The notes: generated by a model not told the origin, from the letters alone. A DNA stretch of 20,719 nt from Candidatus Micrarchaeia archaeon (GCA_049970015.1 JBMFNT010000004.1:1-20719); one strand, 5' to 3'. Positions 8,936 through 17,755 are shown, counted from the stretch's first letter. Program-made: numbers and translations.

Positions 8936-11779
8936 GTGGACTTAAAGCAGATTGAGAAAGAAATACAGAAGTTCTGGGCAGATAACAAAATATATGAGTC
9001 TGTAAAAGTAATGCGCTCTTCCGGCAGGCCTTTCTACTTTTGTGATGGGCCACCTTATGCAACGGGTGACATTCATCCTGGGACCGCATGGAACAAGGTA
9101 ATGAAGGATGCGTTCTGTAGATATTACAGGATGAAAGGGTATAATGTGCGTGACCAGGCAGGGTTTGACACCCATGGTCTTCCAATAGAAGTGAAGGTCG
9201 AGAAAAAGCTTGGGATAAAAGACAAGGGAGAGATCGAATCTAAGGTAGGTGTGAAAAATTTCATAAATGAGTGTAAGCTGTTTGCAACTAAGTATATAGG
9301 TCTGATGTCGGACCAATTTAGGAGTGTGGGGGTATGGCTTGATTTTGATGAGCCGTATCTGACTTACCAGAACAGCTTCATAGAAAAATCTTGGAGCACA
9401 ATAAAAAAAGCCTATGAGAAAGGCCTGTTATCTGAGGAACTTTATGTTGTACCGTTTTGCCCACGGTGTGAGACCACTTCTGCCAATTATGAGCTTGAGT
9501 ACCATGATAAGACGGACCCGAGCATAATTGTCAAGTTTAAAGTTAAGGGTGCAGAAAATAAGTACTTGCTAATATGGACAACAACTCCGTGGACATTACC
9601 TGCAAATGTTGCAGTGATGGCACATCCCGATGAGGAGTATGTTGAGGCAGAGGTTGGTAATGAAAGATGGATATTTGCAAACAAGAGGCTTGATTATATT
9701 CAGTCGCGTGTTAATCTAGACATAACTGTGTTGAGCGTGTTTCCTGGCAGGGAGCTTAATAATATGGAGTATGAGCACCCATTGATAGAGCACGTGCCAA
9801 TACAACAGGGAGTAAAGCATAGGGTTGTCCTAAGTGATAAGTATGTCACTATGGAAGATGGTACAGGGCTTGTACATACTGCGCCAGGGCATGGACCCGA
9901 AGATTTCATAGTAGGCAAGGAAAATGGTCTTGACATAATATGCCCTGTTGGGCCTAATGGCAGGTTTACAAAAGAGGCTGGCAAGTATACAGGGTACTAT
10001 GTATTCGATTCAAACAAGTCAATCATTAATGATTTGTATGAGAAGGGGATTCTTGTACATGAAGAACCTTTAACACACAGGTATGCACATTGCTGGCGGT
10101 GCAAAACCCCTTTGATATACATATCTACAATGCAGTGGTTTATCAAAGTCAGCAAGCTTAAGGATACTATGATGTCTGAGATTGAGAAAACCTACTGGAG
10201 ACCGAAATATGCAAAAGAGCAGTTTAAAGCATTTGTATCAGATGCGCCTGACTGGTGTATATCACGACAGAGGTACTGGGGTATTCCTTTACCGATATGG
10301 AGATGCAACTGTGGTGCGATCAAAGTTATAGGTTCAATAAAAGAACTCAATACAAAACTTGAGGATTTGCACAGGCCCGAGATTGATGAAATAGTACTTA
10401 AGTGTGATGAGTGTTCAGGTAATATGCACAGGGTTAAAGATGTGCTGGATGTGTGGTTTGATTCAGGTAATGTGGTCTGGGCATCGCTCAGGACAGGTGA
10501 ACAATACGAAAAAGCAGACCTTATAATTGAGGGAAAAGACCAGATACGTGGATGGTTCTACTCGTTGTTAGGGTCAGGTGTTGTAAACATTGGAAGTATT
10601 CCTTACAGGGCAGTTATGATGCATGGGTATTTCACTGATGAGAAAGGGGAAAAGATGAGCAAGAGTGTTGGTAATTTTATACCGCTTGAAGAGATGATTG
10701 ACAGAACAAGTGTCGATTCTTTTAGGTTTTGGAGCATGCAGAACATTTTATGGGATGACATTAAGTTTAACTGGGATGAGATAGATGATATAAAGAGGTT
10801 CCTCATAATCGTTGCTAATCTGGTTAGTTATATGCAGAGGTTTTACAAGGAGCCTGGTTCCGGAAACATGAAACTTAATCCAGAAGATGAATGGATACTG
10901 TTGAGGCTTAATGAGACTGTGAAAGAGTGTAGTGAAGGGATGGATGCCCTTGAACCACACAGGGCAACACGCGCACTTAAACAGCTACTTATGGAGGATT
11001 TCAGTAGGTTCTACATGAAAATTGCAAAAAAGCGCATATCTGATAATGATAATGCTGATGCAGTCTATTACACATTGTATAAAGTATTCTCAACATCGAT
11101 GAGGCTAATGTCACCATTCACACCATACCTTGCAGAGTATGCATACCAATCTTTTCTGAAGAAATATGAGAGGCTGGATAGTATACATATGCATAACTGG
11201 CCAACAGTTGAAGAACTACCGTACGACCCAAGGTTGAAGGAGCAATTTAAGTATGTAGATATGTTGGTAGGTGCGATAGGTGTGGCACGGAATGAAGCTG
11301 GTATAAAAACACGATGGCCATTGCAGAAGGCAGCAGTTGTTTCTAATGATGAGAATATGAAGAAGGCCGTAACAAGCTTGTCAGGAATAATAAAGTCATT
11401 GAGTAATGTTAAAGATATTGTATGTGTGGAAAACGAAGATGATATTGATTATACAAAGGTAACAAAAGTACATGTGTGTGAAGGTACTGACGTTTATATA
11501 GATGCAAGCGTGAGTGAAGAAATTTACAAGGAAGGTATACGGAATGAGTTTACCAGAAGGGTGCAAGCGATGAGAAAAGAGATGGGGTTGATCGAGATGG
11601 ATTCAATTGAAGTTTATTATCAGACTAATGATGAAATATCTAACATAATAGAGGAGTATATTGAAATGATCGCAAAGAAGGTGCGTGCACTCAAAGTAAT
11701 GCGCAGTGATATTGCAAAGTCAGGGAAGGAATGGAGGATTGAATCGAACGAGATATGGATTAAAGTTGTGCGGCTGTAG
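8936..11779 (+). CDS. ileS: Isoleucine--tRNA ligase
   Basis: DGPPYATG, HIGH-like HPGT, DTHGLPIE, WTTTPWTLP, GTGLVH.AP.HG, WCISRQRYWG, EGKDQIRGWF, KMSKS. Confidence 0.97.
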   Translation: MDLKQIEKEIQKFWADNKIYESVKVMRSSGRPFYFCDGPPYATGDIHPGTAWNKVMKDAFCRYYRMKGYNVRDQAGFDTHGLPIEVKVEKKLGIKDKGEIESKVGVKNFINECKLFATKYIGLMSDQFRSVGVWLDFDEPYLTYQNSFIEKSWSTIKKAYEKGLLSEELYVVPFCPRCETTSANYELEYHDKTDPSIIVKFKVKGAENKYLLIWTTTPWTLPANVAVMAHPDEEYVEAEVGNERWIFANKRLDYIQSRVNLDITVLSVFPGRELNNMEYEHPLIEHVPIQQGVKHRVVLSDKYVTMEDGTGLVHTAPGHGPEDFIVGKENGLDIICPVGPNGRFTKEAGKYTGYYVFDSNKSIINDLYEKGILVHEEPLTHRYAHCWRCKTPLIYISTMQWFIKVSKLKDTMMSEIEKTYWRPKYAKEQFKAFVSDAPDWCISRQRYWGIPLPIWRCNCGAIKVIGSIKELNTKLEDLHRPEIDEIVLKCDECSGNMHRVKDVLDVWFDSGNVVWASLRTGEQYEKADLIIEGKDQIRGWFYSLLGSGVVNIGSIPYRAVMMHGYFTDEKGEKMSKSVGNFIPLEEMIDRTSVDSFRFWSMQNILWDDIKFNWDEIDDIKRFLIIVANLVSYMQRFYKEPGSGNMKLNPEDEWILLRLNETVKECSEGMDALEPHRATRALKQLLMEDFSRFYMKIAKKRISDNDNADAVYYTLYKVFSTSMRLMSPFTPYLAEYAYQSFLKKYERLDSIHMHNWPTVEELPYDPRLKEQFKYVDMLVGAIGVARNEAGIKTRWPLQKAAVVSNDENMKKAVTSLSGIIKSLSNVKDIVCVENEDDIDYTKVTKVHVCEGTDVYIDASVSEEIYKEGIRNEFTRRVQAMRKEMGLIEMDSIEVYYQTNDEISNIIEEYIEMIAKKVRALKVMRSDIAKSGKEWRIESNEIWIKVVRL

Positions 11780-12021
11780 TCTAGCCTGGTAGGACATGGG
11801 CTTCCCAAAAGCTTTTTCTTTCGGTTTCGCTCTTGTGAGCGAATATCCAAAGAAAAACCTTGGAAAAAGAAAGAAAAGCCTTGAGCTTTTTCTTTCGGTT
11901 TCGCTCTTGTGAGCGAATATCCAAAGAAAAACCTTGGAAAAAGAAGATAAGAAAAAGCCTAGGACCCGGGTTCAAAGCGAGGGTATAAAAATCCCATACA
12001 GTGAAAATCCCGGCAGCCGCA
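11770..12021 (+). tRNA. tRNA-Gly(CCC) with two introns: about 11808..11955 (37/38, 148 nt) and 11977..12007 (59/60, 31 nt)
   Basis: Spliced sequence GCGGCTG-TA-GTCT-AGCCTGGTA-GGAC-A-TGGGC-TTCCCAA-GCCTA-GGAC-CCGGG-TTCAAAT-CCCGG-CAGCCGC-A gives a full cloverleaf with Gly identity pairs G1-C72, C2-G71, G3-C70 and A73. Confidence 0.93.
11810..11945 (+). repeat. Tandem exact 62-nt repeat (11810-11871, 11884-11945; period 74) inside the tRNA-Gly anticodon intron
   Basis: Direct comparison. Each unit contains hairpins TTCGCTC-TTGT-GAGCGAA and TCCAA..TTGGA, flanked by GCTTTTTCTT and a complementary AAGAAAA(A)GC. Confidence 0.95.
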
Positions 12022-12056
12022 CTTAACTAATTCTATCGGCTGCCTGCAAACTTCAA

Positions 12057-12362
12057 TTAGATAAGGCTTATTTCGATGTGCACAGTATCTGGCACGCGAA
12101 CCCTCATTATCTGTTTGAGAACTCTTTCATCACCTTCCATGTATATTGCCCTTTTGTGAATCCGCATTTCCCATTTCTCATATGTATCAGAACCATCTCC
12201 ACATGGAGTCCTCCGTACTGGTAATACAAGCCTTCTTCTTGGTAATGGAATAGGCCCGCGTACGGGTATCCCACCCATCTTTGCAATCTCTATGATCTGC
12301 TTTGCTACCCCATCAACTTCTTCGTGCGATCTGCCAACAAGTTTTATGCGTGCCGATACCAT
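12057..12362 (-). CDS. rps10: 30S ribosomal protein S10 (uS10)
   Basis: GPIPLP, RRTPCGDGS.TYEKWEMRIHKR; directly downstream of tuf. Confidence 0.97.
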   Translation of the reverse strand: MVSARIKLVGRSHEEVDGVAKQIIEIAKMGGIPVRGPIPLPRRRLVLPVRRTPCGDGSDTYEKWEMRIHKRAIYMEGDERVLKQIMRVRVPDTVHIEISLI

Positions 12363-12373
12363 TTAAATCACGT

Positions 12374-13645
12374 TTACTGCTTGCTTTTCACATCTAGTAC
12401 TACACCAGCAGCAACAGTTTGGCCCATATCTCTTATAGCAAACCTGCCAAGGGCCGGGAAGTCCTGGTATTTCTCAACTACTACTGGTTTCAGCGGTTTT
12501 ATTTTTACGACCGCTACATCACCAGTCTTTAAGAAGTCTGGCTTGCCTGCCGATTGTCCTGTTTTCGGATCCTTCTTTTCAACAAGTTCAATGAACTGGC
12601 CGGCAAACTGTGCAGTGTGTATGTGTAGCACAGGTGTATACCCAACTGATATTGCGGTCGGGTGCTGCAATACCACTATTTGTGCGGTGAACTCCTCAGC
12701 AACTTTTGGAGGATTGTTTGGATCACCTATAACATCTCCTCTCTTGAGATCTTTCTTCTCAACACCTTTCAGATTTACTCCTACATTGTCACCCGGTTGT
12801 GCCTGTGGCAATTCCTGGTGGTGCATTTCTATACGCTTTATTTCACCAGTAACGCCTGCCGGCATAACCACAACCTTCTGATTTGGCTTGAGTATTCCTG
12901 CTTCTACCCTTCCAACTGGAACAGTTCCATGACCAGTTATTGAGAATACGTCCTGTATAGGCATTCTCAAAGGCTTATCGATTGGTTTTGGTGGCACTGT
13001 AAACTCATCAAGCGCTTCTAGTATTGTTTGCCCAGTATACCAAGGCATATTGCTGGATTTCTTTGCAATATTGTCACCATTGTATGCAGAAATTGGTATA
13101 ACCTTGATATTCTCAGTCTTGTACCCAATGCTTTTCAGCAGGTTCAGCACCTGCGCTTTGACATCCTCGTACTTAACCCTGTCATAGTTTACTGCATCCA
13201 TTTTGTTCATTGCCACAGCTAGCTGATTGATCCCTAGCACTTTTGCAAGGAAAGCGTGCTCTTTAGTCTGTGGTTGTATACCATCTTTCACCGAAACTAC
13301 GAGCACAGCAGCATCCGCTTGTGATGCACCTGTAATCATGTTCTTGACAAAATCCCTGTGTCCTGGCGCATCTATAACTGTGTAAAAATATTTCTGGCTT
13401 TTAAACTCCTTATGCGCAATGTCTATGGTAACTCCCCTCTCCCTCTCCTCCTTCTGGGTATCCATAACAAATGCAAACTCAAATGTTGGTTTACCTATTC
13501 TTTCAGCCTCTTCCTTAAGCTTTCTCATTTCCTGCTCTGGGATTGCACCTGTATCAAACAACAACCTTCCCACTGTAGTGGATTTGCCTGCATCTACGTG
13601 TCCTATGAACACGAGGTTCATGTGTTGGAGTTCTGCCATTTTCAT
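12374..13645 (-). CDS. tuf: Elongation factor 1-alpha
   Basis: [42 protein letters not shown]. Confidence 0.98.
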   Translation of the reverse strand: MKMAELQHMNLVFIGHVDAGKSTTVGRLLFDTGAIPEQEMRKLKEEAERIGKPTFEFAFVMDTQKEERERGVTIDIAHKEFKSQKYFYTVIDAPGHRDFVKNMITGASQADAAVLVVSVKDGIQPQTKEHAFLAKVLGINQLAVAMNKMDAVNYDRVKYEDVKAQVLNLLKSIGYKTENIKVIPISAYNGDNIAKKSSNMPWYTGQTILEALDEFTVPPKPIDKPLRMPIQDVFSITGHGTVPVGRVEAGILKPNQKVVVMPAGVTGEIKRIEMHHQELPQAQPGDNVGVNLKGVEKKDLKRGDVIGDPNNPPKVAEEFTAQIVVLQHPTAISVGYTPVLHIHTAQFAGQFIELVEKKDPKTGQSAGKPDFLKTGDVAVVKIKPLKPVVVEKYQDFPALGRFAIRDMGQTVAAGVVLDVKSKQ

Positions 13646-13669
13646 TCACCTCTATATTACAATGAAAGT

Positions 13670-13690
13670 GTATTTATTTAAAAGGTTAAT
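13670..13690 (-). promoter_or_regulatory. Putative TATA box of tuf-rps10
   Basis: Minus strand reads AACCTTTTAAATAAATA about 30 nt upstream of the start; GAGGTGA SD immediately before the ATG. Confidence 0.5.
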
Positions 13691-13702
13691 TTTAAAATCC
13701 TT

Positions 13703-14269
13703 TCAGTAGGCAGGCCCTTGGTATTCCGTACCTTCCTTGAGAATATCAACCCAAGGTGCCCTCAAATGCTCTCCATTTCCTTTTACTATTTTATCTATGT
13801 CCTTTATACATTCCTCAAGGTTTCCTATCGATAGTACTTCATATATTTTTGTGCCTGACTTTTTGTACTTCAACATTGATTTTTCAGTACAGTAATCGAG
13901 AAGTTCAGAATACAGGTTTGATTTTATCTTCCCTGTATCATACCCTCTCTTGGTCAACCTTTTCTCTAGAATAGGAAGTGGAGTCCTTAGGACAATCAAC
14001 TTATCCAAAGGTAGTTGGATTTCACATATGAGATGGCTTTCAACAATACAGTTTTCCGGTAGTTCCTGCAATTCTCGCTTAAGCGCAAGCAGGTTCACAA
14101 CCTTTGCCATATCATCCGTGTCTACATGGGTCCACAGTTTCCTTTCCTCTACAAGCTCTTTTACATTAACCATTCTCATTTTGTAAATATCTGCAATTCT
14201 CTGTGCAATCGTGGTCTTGCCAGTTCCCGGCACACCCGTTATCCCTATTCTCATCACTAATATTGGCAT
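13703..14269 (-). CDS. Adenylate kinase AK6/Fap7 family
   Basis: Walker A GVPGTGKT, IVESH motif, RL..RGY...KI..N. Confidence 0.9.
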   Translation of the reverse strand: MPILVMRIGITGVPGTGKTTIAQRIADIYKMRMVNVKELVEERKLWTHVDTDDMAKVVNLLALKRELQELPENCIVESHLICEIQLPLDKLIVLRTPLPILEKRLTKRGYDTGKIKSNLYSELLDYCTEKSMLKYKKSGTKIYEVLSIGNLEECIKDIDKIVKGNGEHLRAPWVDILKEGTEYQGPAY

Positions 14270-14277
14270 GGGTATTG

Positions 14278-14790
14278 TTATAAAATATTACGGTTGCGGT
14301 TGAAACTAATGTTTGCAAGTTTATACCCTATATCAAAAGCAACTATGTAAAGAAAATAACTGACTGAATAAACAGAGAGTAGAAGTGCAATCAAAGGGGT
14401 AACAATCCGCTCTCGTGCAAGCAAGCCCCATACACCTCGCATCCCGTTGCTCATCTCATGAAAACCTTCATCTATAAATGAAGATATTGCAAACGCGACC
14501 ACAATCGGAAATACTATGCGGTTTATGTTGAGCACAATATACCCAAGTATTATGAGGATGGCCACGATATGCTCAACCCTATCAATCTTTCCTGAGATTA
14601 CAGTCCCAACAACTACCCCAGCAATAAGCGATAGCACCTCTATGTTCAGATGGCTGCTTACTACTATAGCAATGGCATAAGATATTCCGAGAATTAGTGA
14701 ATAAGTGCCTTTTTTGCTTTTTCTTTCGGAATAGTCGTCAGCAAACTTTGTTAGCAGTCCTGCAAGGAATGCAAAAACTACATATAGCAT
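14278..14790 (-). CDS. Hypothetical multi-pass membrane protein
   Basis: About 5-6 hydrophobic segments with K.ADD, GKID..EH and FIDE motifs; in operon context. Confidence 0.8.
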   Translation of the reverse strand: MLYVVFAFLAGLLTKFADDYSERKSKKGTYSLILGISYAIAIVVSSHLNIEVLSLIAGVVVGTVISGKIDRVEHIVAILIILGYIVLNINRIVFPIVVAFAISSFIDEGFHEMSNGMRGVWGLLARERIVTPLIALLLSVYSVSYFLYIVAFDIGYKLANISFNRNRNIL

Positions 14791-14918
14791 TATTTCACCA
14801 TATCCACTTTTGCAACAGGAAACTCATGCAATCTTAGTTTAGCAATCAAGTTATCTAGTTTTGCAACAAGAAACTCACATGCATGCAATCCTTTTATTTG
14901 GGGTAATTTAGCAACCAT
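14790..14918 (-). other. 42-aa mini-ORF built from duplicated agmatinase C-terminus
   Basis: ATG 1 nt after the speB stop with GGTGGA upstream; MVAKLPQIKGLHACEFLVAKLDNLIAKLRLHEFPVAKVDMVK*; TAATG overlap with the next gene. Confidence 0.4.
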
Positions 14919-14995
14919 ATCATTCCACCATGTATAACATTGAACGCATGACCAGTTTTGCAACAAGAAACTCACATGCATGCAATCCTTTTATT
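14808..14995. repeat. Duplication of speB 3' segment: exact 42 nt at 14857-14898 and 14954-14995, degenerate third copy 14808-14833
   Basis: Direct comparison; the third copy has 1 substitution and a 6-nt deletion. Confidence 0.93.
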
Positions 14996-15726
14996 GGGCA
15001 CAGTTCAACAAAATCGATGCCCACTATTTCCTTTGTCCTGCATACTTCCTTCAGGATATCGTTTGCAGTGTCCCATGAGATCCCTCCAGGTACTGGTGTT
15101 CCCGTGGCAGGCATTATTGATGGGTCAAGGGCATCAACATCAAATGTTATATAAACTTTTTTTCCGAGTGATGAGACAATCTCCTTTATTCTCTTAGGGT
15201 TTATTATCTTGTTTCCGTATTTCCTTGCATTCTCAATATCCTCCTCACACCCACTCCTTATGGCAGTGTGTACAACTTTATGATTCTTGCTAGCATTGTA
15301 AAGTGCACACGCATGGCTGTGCGGGTTTCCCAAGTATCTACTTCTCATATCAAGATGTGCATCCAAATGAAGTATAGATACATCTTCAGGCAAAACATTG
15401 AGTATTGGTATTGATATACTGTGATCTCCTCCAAGGAATATTGGCACTTTATTCTCTCTCATCATCTTTTTTGTAATGGCTGGCAATTCCCTGTATTTGA
15501 CATTCTTGTATGTAAAGTAATGATATTCACTTATATTTTTCATGAGTTCAACATCAAAATACTCAATTTCTTGTGATGCTTTTATTATTGCGCGCGGCCC
15601 ATTACTAGTTCCCTTAACCCAACTCACATTTTTCTCGTAAGGAACGGGTATTATCACAAACCGTGCATCTTCATATCTACAACTATCTCTCCCCATGAAT
15701 TTACCCGGGATTACTATGTCTTCCAT
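14920..15726 (-). CDS. speB: Agmatinase (ureohydrolase family)
   Basis: GP.AI, GGDHS, DAHLD, SHAC, TFDVDALDP, GTPVPGG, DFVEL. Confidence 0.92.
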   Translation of the reverse strand: MEDIVIPGKFMGRDSCRYEDARFVIIPVPYEKNVSWVKGTSNGPRAIIKASQEIEYFDVELMKNISEYHYFTYKNVKYRELPAITKKMMRENKVPIFLGGDHSISIPILNVLPEDVSILHLDAHLDMRSRYLGNPHSHACALYNASKNHKVVHTAIRSGCEEDIENARKYGNKIINPKRIKEIVSSLGKKVYITFDVDALDPSIMPATGTPVPGGISWDTANDILKEVCRTKEIVGIDFVELCPIKGLHACEFLVAKLVMRSMLYMVE

Positions 15727-15753
15727 AAAAGCTTTTTCTCATATTTATTTTAT

Positions 15754-16407
15754 ATGCGTTTACAAAATGCGCTCAGCGATCTTATAGAATCACAGGTAAG
15801 GTTATCTTCACAGGTAATCATAGAGGACATGTTTGATGTGGATAATGTTAGATTCATAGGAGGTGCTGATGTTGCGTACAGTGGTGAATATGGATGTGGG
15901 GTGTTGGTTGTATATGAGTATCCTGGGCTTAAGTTGGTTGATAAGGCATTCTTTAGAAGCAGAGTTTCTTTTCCATACATCCCAGGTTTTCTGAGTTTTC
16001 GTGAGTTACCTTTCATTAAGACTGCATATGAAAAGGTGCATATCAAACCCGATTTATTGTTCATAAATGGTAATGGAATACTTCATTTCAGGTTTTTCGG
16101 CCTTGCATCGCATACAGGTGTTGTGCTCGGGGTACCAACAATAGGAGTTTCACAAAACCTCTTGTGTGGTGTTGTGAAGAAAGGTAAAGTATATTATAGG
16201 AATAGATTGGTTGGGTATGAGTATACTAGCAGGAGAGGATGCAGGCCAATATATGTTTCCCCAGGACATAATATATCTCTTAAAACTGCACTCTCTATCA
16301 CAAAATCCTGTATTCATGGCCATAAACTGCCAGAACCACTGCATGTTGCGGACAAGATGTCAAAAAGTTGCATAAGTAAATACCAATCAACTAGATTCGA
16401 TTTTTAG
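15754..16407 (+). CDS. nfi: Endonuclease V family protein with atypical active site
   Basis: GADVAY, FPYIPGFLSFRE, H.R..GLASH.G, PIYVSPGH, LPEPL; the catalytic DG.G motif reads NGNG. Confidence 0.9.
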   Translation: MRLQNALSDLIESQVRLSSQVIIEDMFDVDNVRFIGGADVAYSGEYGCGVLVVYEYPGLKLVDKAFFRSRVSFPYIPGFLSFRELPFIKTAYEKVHIKPDLLFINGNGILHFRFFGLASHTGVVLGVPTIGVSQNLLCGVVKKGKVYYRNRLVGYEYTSRRGCRPIYVSPGHNISLKTALSITKSCIHGHKLPEPLHVADKMSKSCISKYQSTRFDF

Positions 16408-17014
16408 AAATAATGTATGAATAGGTAATCAGTCCAATTATCATAGCAAAGAATGTACAGACCTGTTGTTCCCGTGTTGTTTTTTCTTTTTCAGGCTCAC
16501 TAGCCATTTCTTTTACATCCATTTTTTTCTCTTCTCGCTCTTCTATAATGTTTCCCTGCTCTATTGTTTTCTTCAGGAGGCTGTACACAGAAACATTCAC
16601 ATTCATATGACCAACGTTGTTTTCATACGGTGTTGTATCATACATACCAAGGAAAAGCCATCCCTCATTATTTACATATCCCTCCCAGTGATTACCAACT
16701 TTGAATATTTCATTACTATTTCCAATCTTTCCAATCAGTGCGCCCATTGGCAAGAGATTGCCATTTATTAATCCGTTTGGACCGGTTTCAAACTGAGGCC
16801 GTGGGTCATATCCCCACTTTCCGCTTGCAGTAATTACCACATAATCATCCTTATTCACATATACTGATGAATTGGTCCATTTGATATTTGCAGGGACAGT
16901 GATAATTTTGCTTGCCAAGGTTGTATAATTAGCTGGTACTGTTGATGCTTGAGATGCTACTCCAGCTGCAAATACGACAAGCAACAGCAGTGTTATGAGT
17001 AATATCAGCTTCAT
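16391..17014 (-). CDS. Secreted/surface protein with LecA/PA-IL-like beta-sandwich and C-terminal Cys + TM anchor
   Basis: Signal peptide; W..S.V.V...D.V.ITASGKW, GALIGKIG, G.LFLG..D, Y.NN.G pattern; charged linker; QVCTFFAMIIGL tail. Confidence 0.65.
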   Translation of the reverse strand: MKLILLITLLLLVVFAAGVASQASTVPANYTTLASKIITVPANIKWTNSSVYVNKDDYVVITASGKWGYDPRPQFETGPNGLINGNLLPMGALIGKIGNSNEIFKVGNHWEGYVNNEGWLFLGMYDTTPYENNVGHMNVNVSVYSLLKKTIEQGNIIEEREEKKMDVKEMASEPEKEKTTREQQVCTFFAMIIGLITYSYIISKNRI

Positions 17015-17034
17015 GCTTCATAATCAACATAAAG

Positions 17035-17751
17035 TTATTTTAATGTGAAGTACACTCTTTTATTGCTTTTTCCTTTGTTTTCCAGAGCAACGATTTCTAT
17101 TGTACCAATTTCCGATGTGTTCCTTACATGTGTTCCTCCATCAGCTTGAATATCCACATCAGGTATTTCAACAATCCTCAGCATCTTAAGGTTAGGTGGA
17201 AATGCCCCTGAAAGTTTGACTATTCCACTTATTTTCATTGCTTCCTCGTAAGGTAATTCATAGACCTTGACATCAATGCCTTTTCTTATAGTTTCATTTG
17301 CTTCTTTTACGTACTCTACTATCTTATCCCTATCAAAACTATCCATTGAAAAATCAAATCTGCTCCGGTCAATACCCAGCTGATTGCCAGTTATCTTTAT
17401 CCCACCCTTTCTATAAAATACATTCGCAAGTATGTGTGCAGCAGTATGCATTCGCATAAGTGTGTACCTTCGTTCCCAATCAAGCACGCATTTTACGATG
17501 TCACCTTCTGCCAATCCTTCCTTATTGACCTCAATGCTTACCAAGCCATCCAGTTTTGTACTGTAAACTACATCAAACTCTACATTATCCTTAACCCTGA
17601 TTATTTTGCCAGTGTCATATGGTTGTCCACCACTGTTTGGGTAGAATATGACATTATCCAGTATAATATATCTTGAGTTATTTACACTATCAACCTTTGC
17701 ATCACACTCTTTTATGTATGAATCTTTGAGGTATATGAGATTCTGGTCCAT
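17035..17751 (-). CDS. alaX: Alanyl-tRNA editing protein AlaX-M
   Basis: LYxxDSY-like start, FYPNSGGQPYDTG, MRMHTAAH, QADGGTHV.NT.EIG. Likely start ATG 17751 (GGTGA SD) rather than 17769. Confidence 0.92.
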   Translation of the reverse strand: MDQNLIYLKDSYIKECDAKVDSVNNSRYIILDNVIFYPNSGGQPYDTGKIIRVKDNVEFDVVYSTKLDGLVSIEVNKEGLAEGDIVKCVLDWERRYTLMRMHTAAHILANVFYRKGGIKITGNQLGIDRSRFDFSMDSFDRDKIVEYVKEANETIRKGIDVKVYELPYEEAMKISGIVKLSGAFPPNLKMLRIVEIPDVDIQADGGTHVRNTSEIGTIEIVALENKGKSNKRVYFTLK

Positions 17752-17755
17752 GTTT

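Noticed and set aside
11810..11945. CRISPR array
   Set aside because: Only two 62-nt units with a 12-nt gap, inside a tRNA; no cas genes.
11620..11975. ORFs 11620..11850 (-) and 11781..11975 (-) with repeated peptide
   Set aside because: Shadow ORFs antisense to the ileS end and the tRNA-Gly intron repeat.
14808..14995. CRISPR or diversity-generating retroelement TR/VR pair
   Set aside because: The repeat is coding sequence of speB, the two main copies are identical (no adenine-specific variation), and there is no RT or cas gene in the window.
17120..17150. AlaX zinc ligand Cys replaced by Asp (QADGGTH)
   Set aside because: To my knowledge this variant is common among AlaX-M homologs and Asp can still ligate zinc; not treated as novel.
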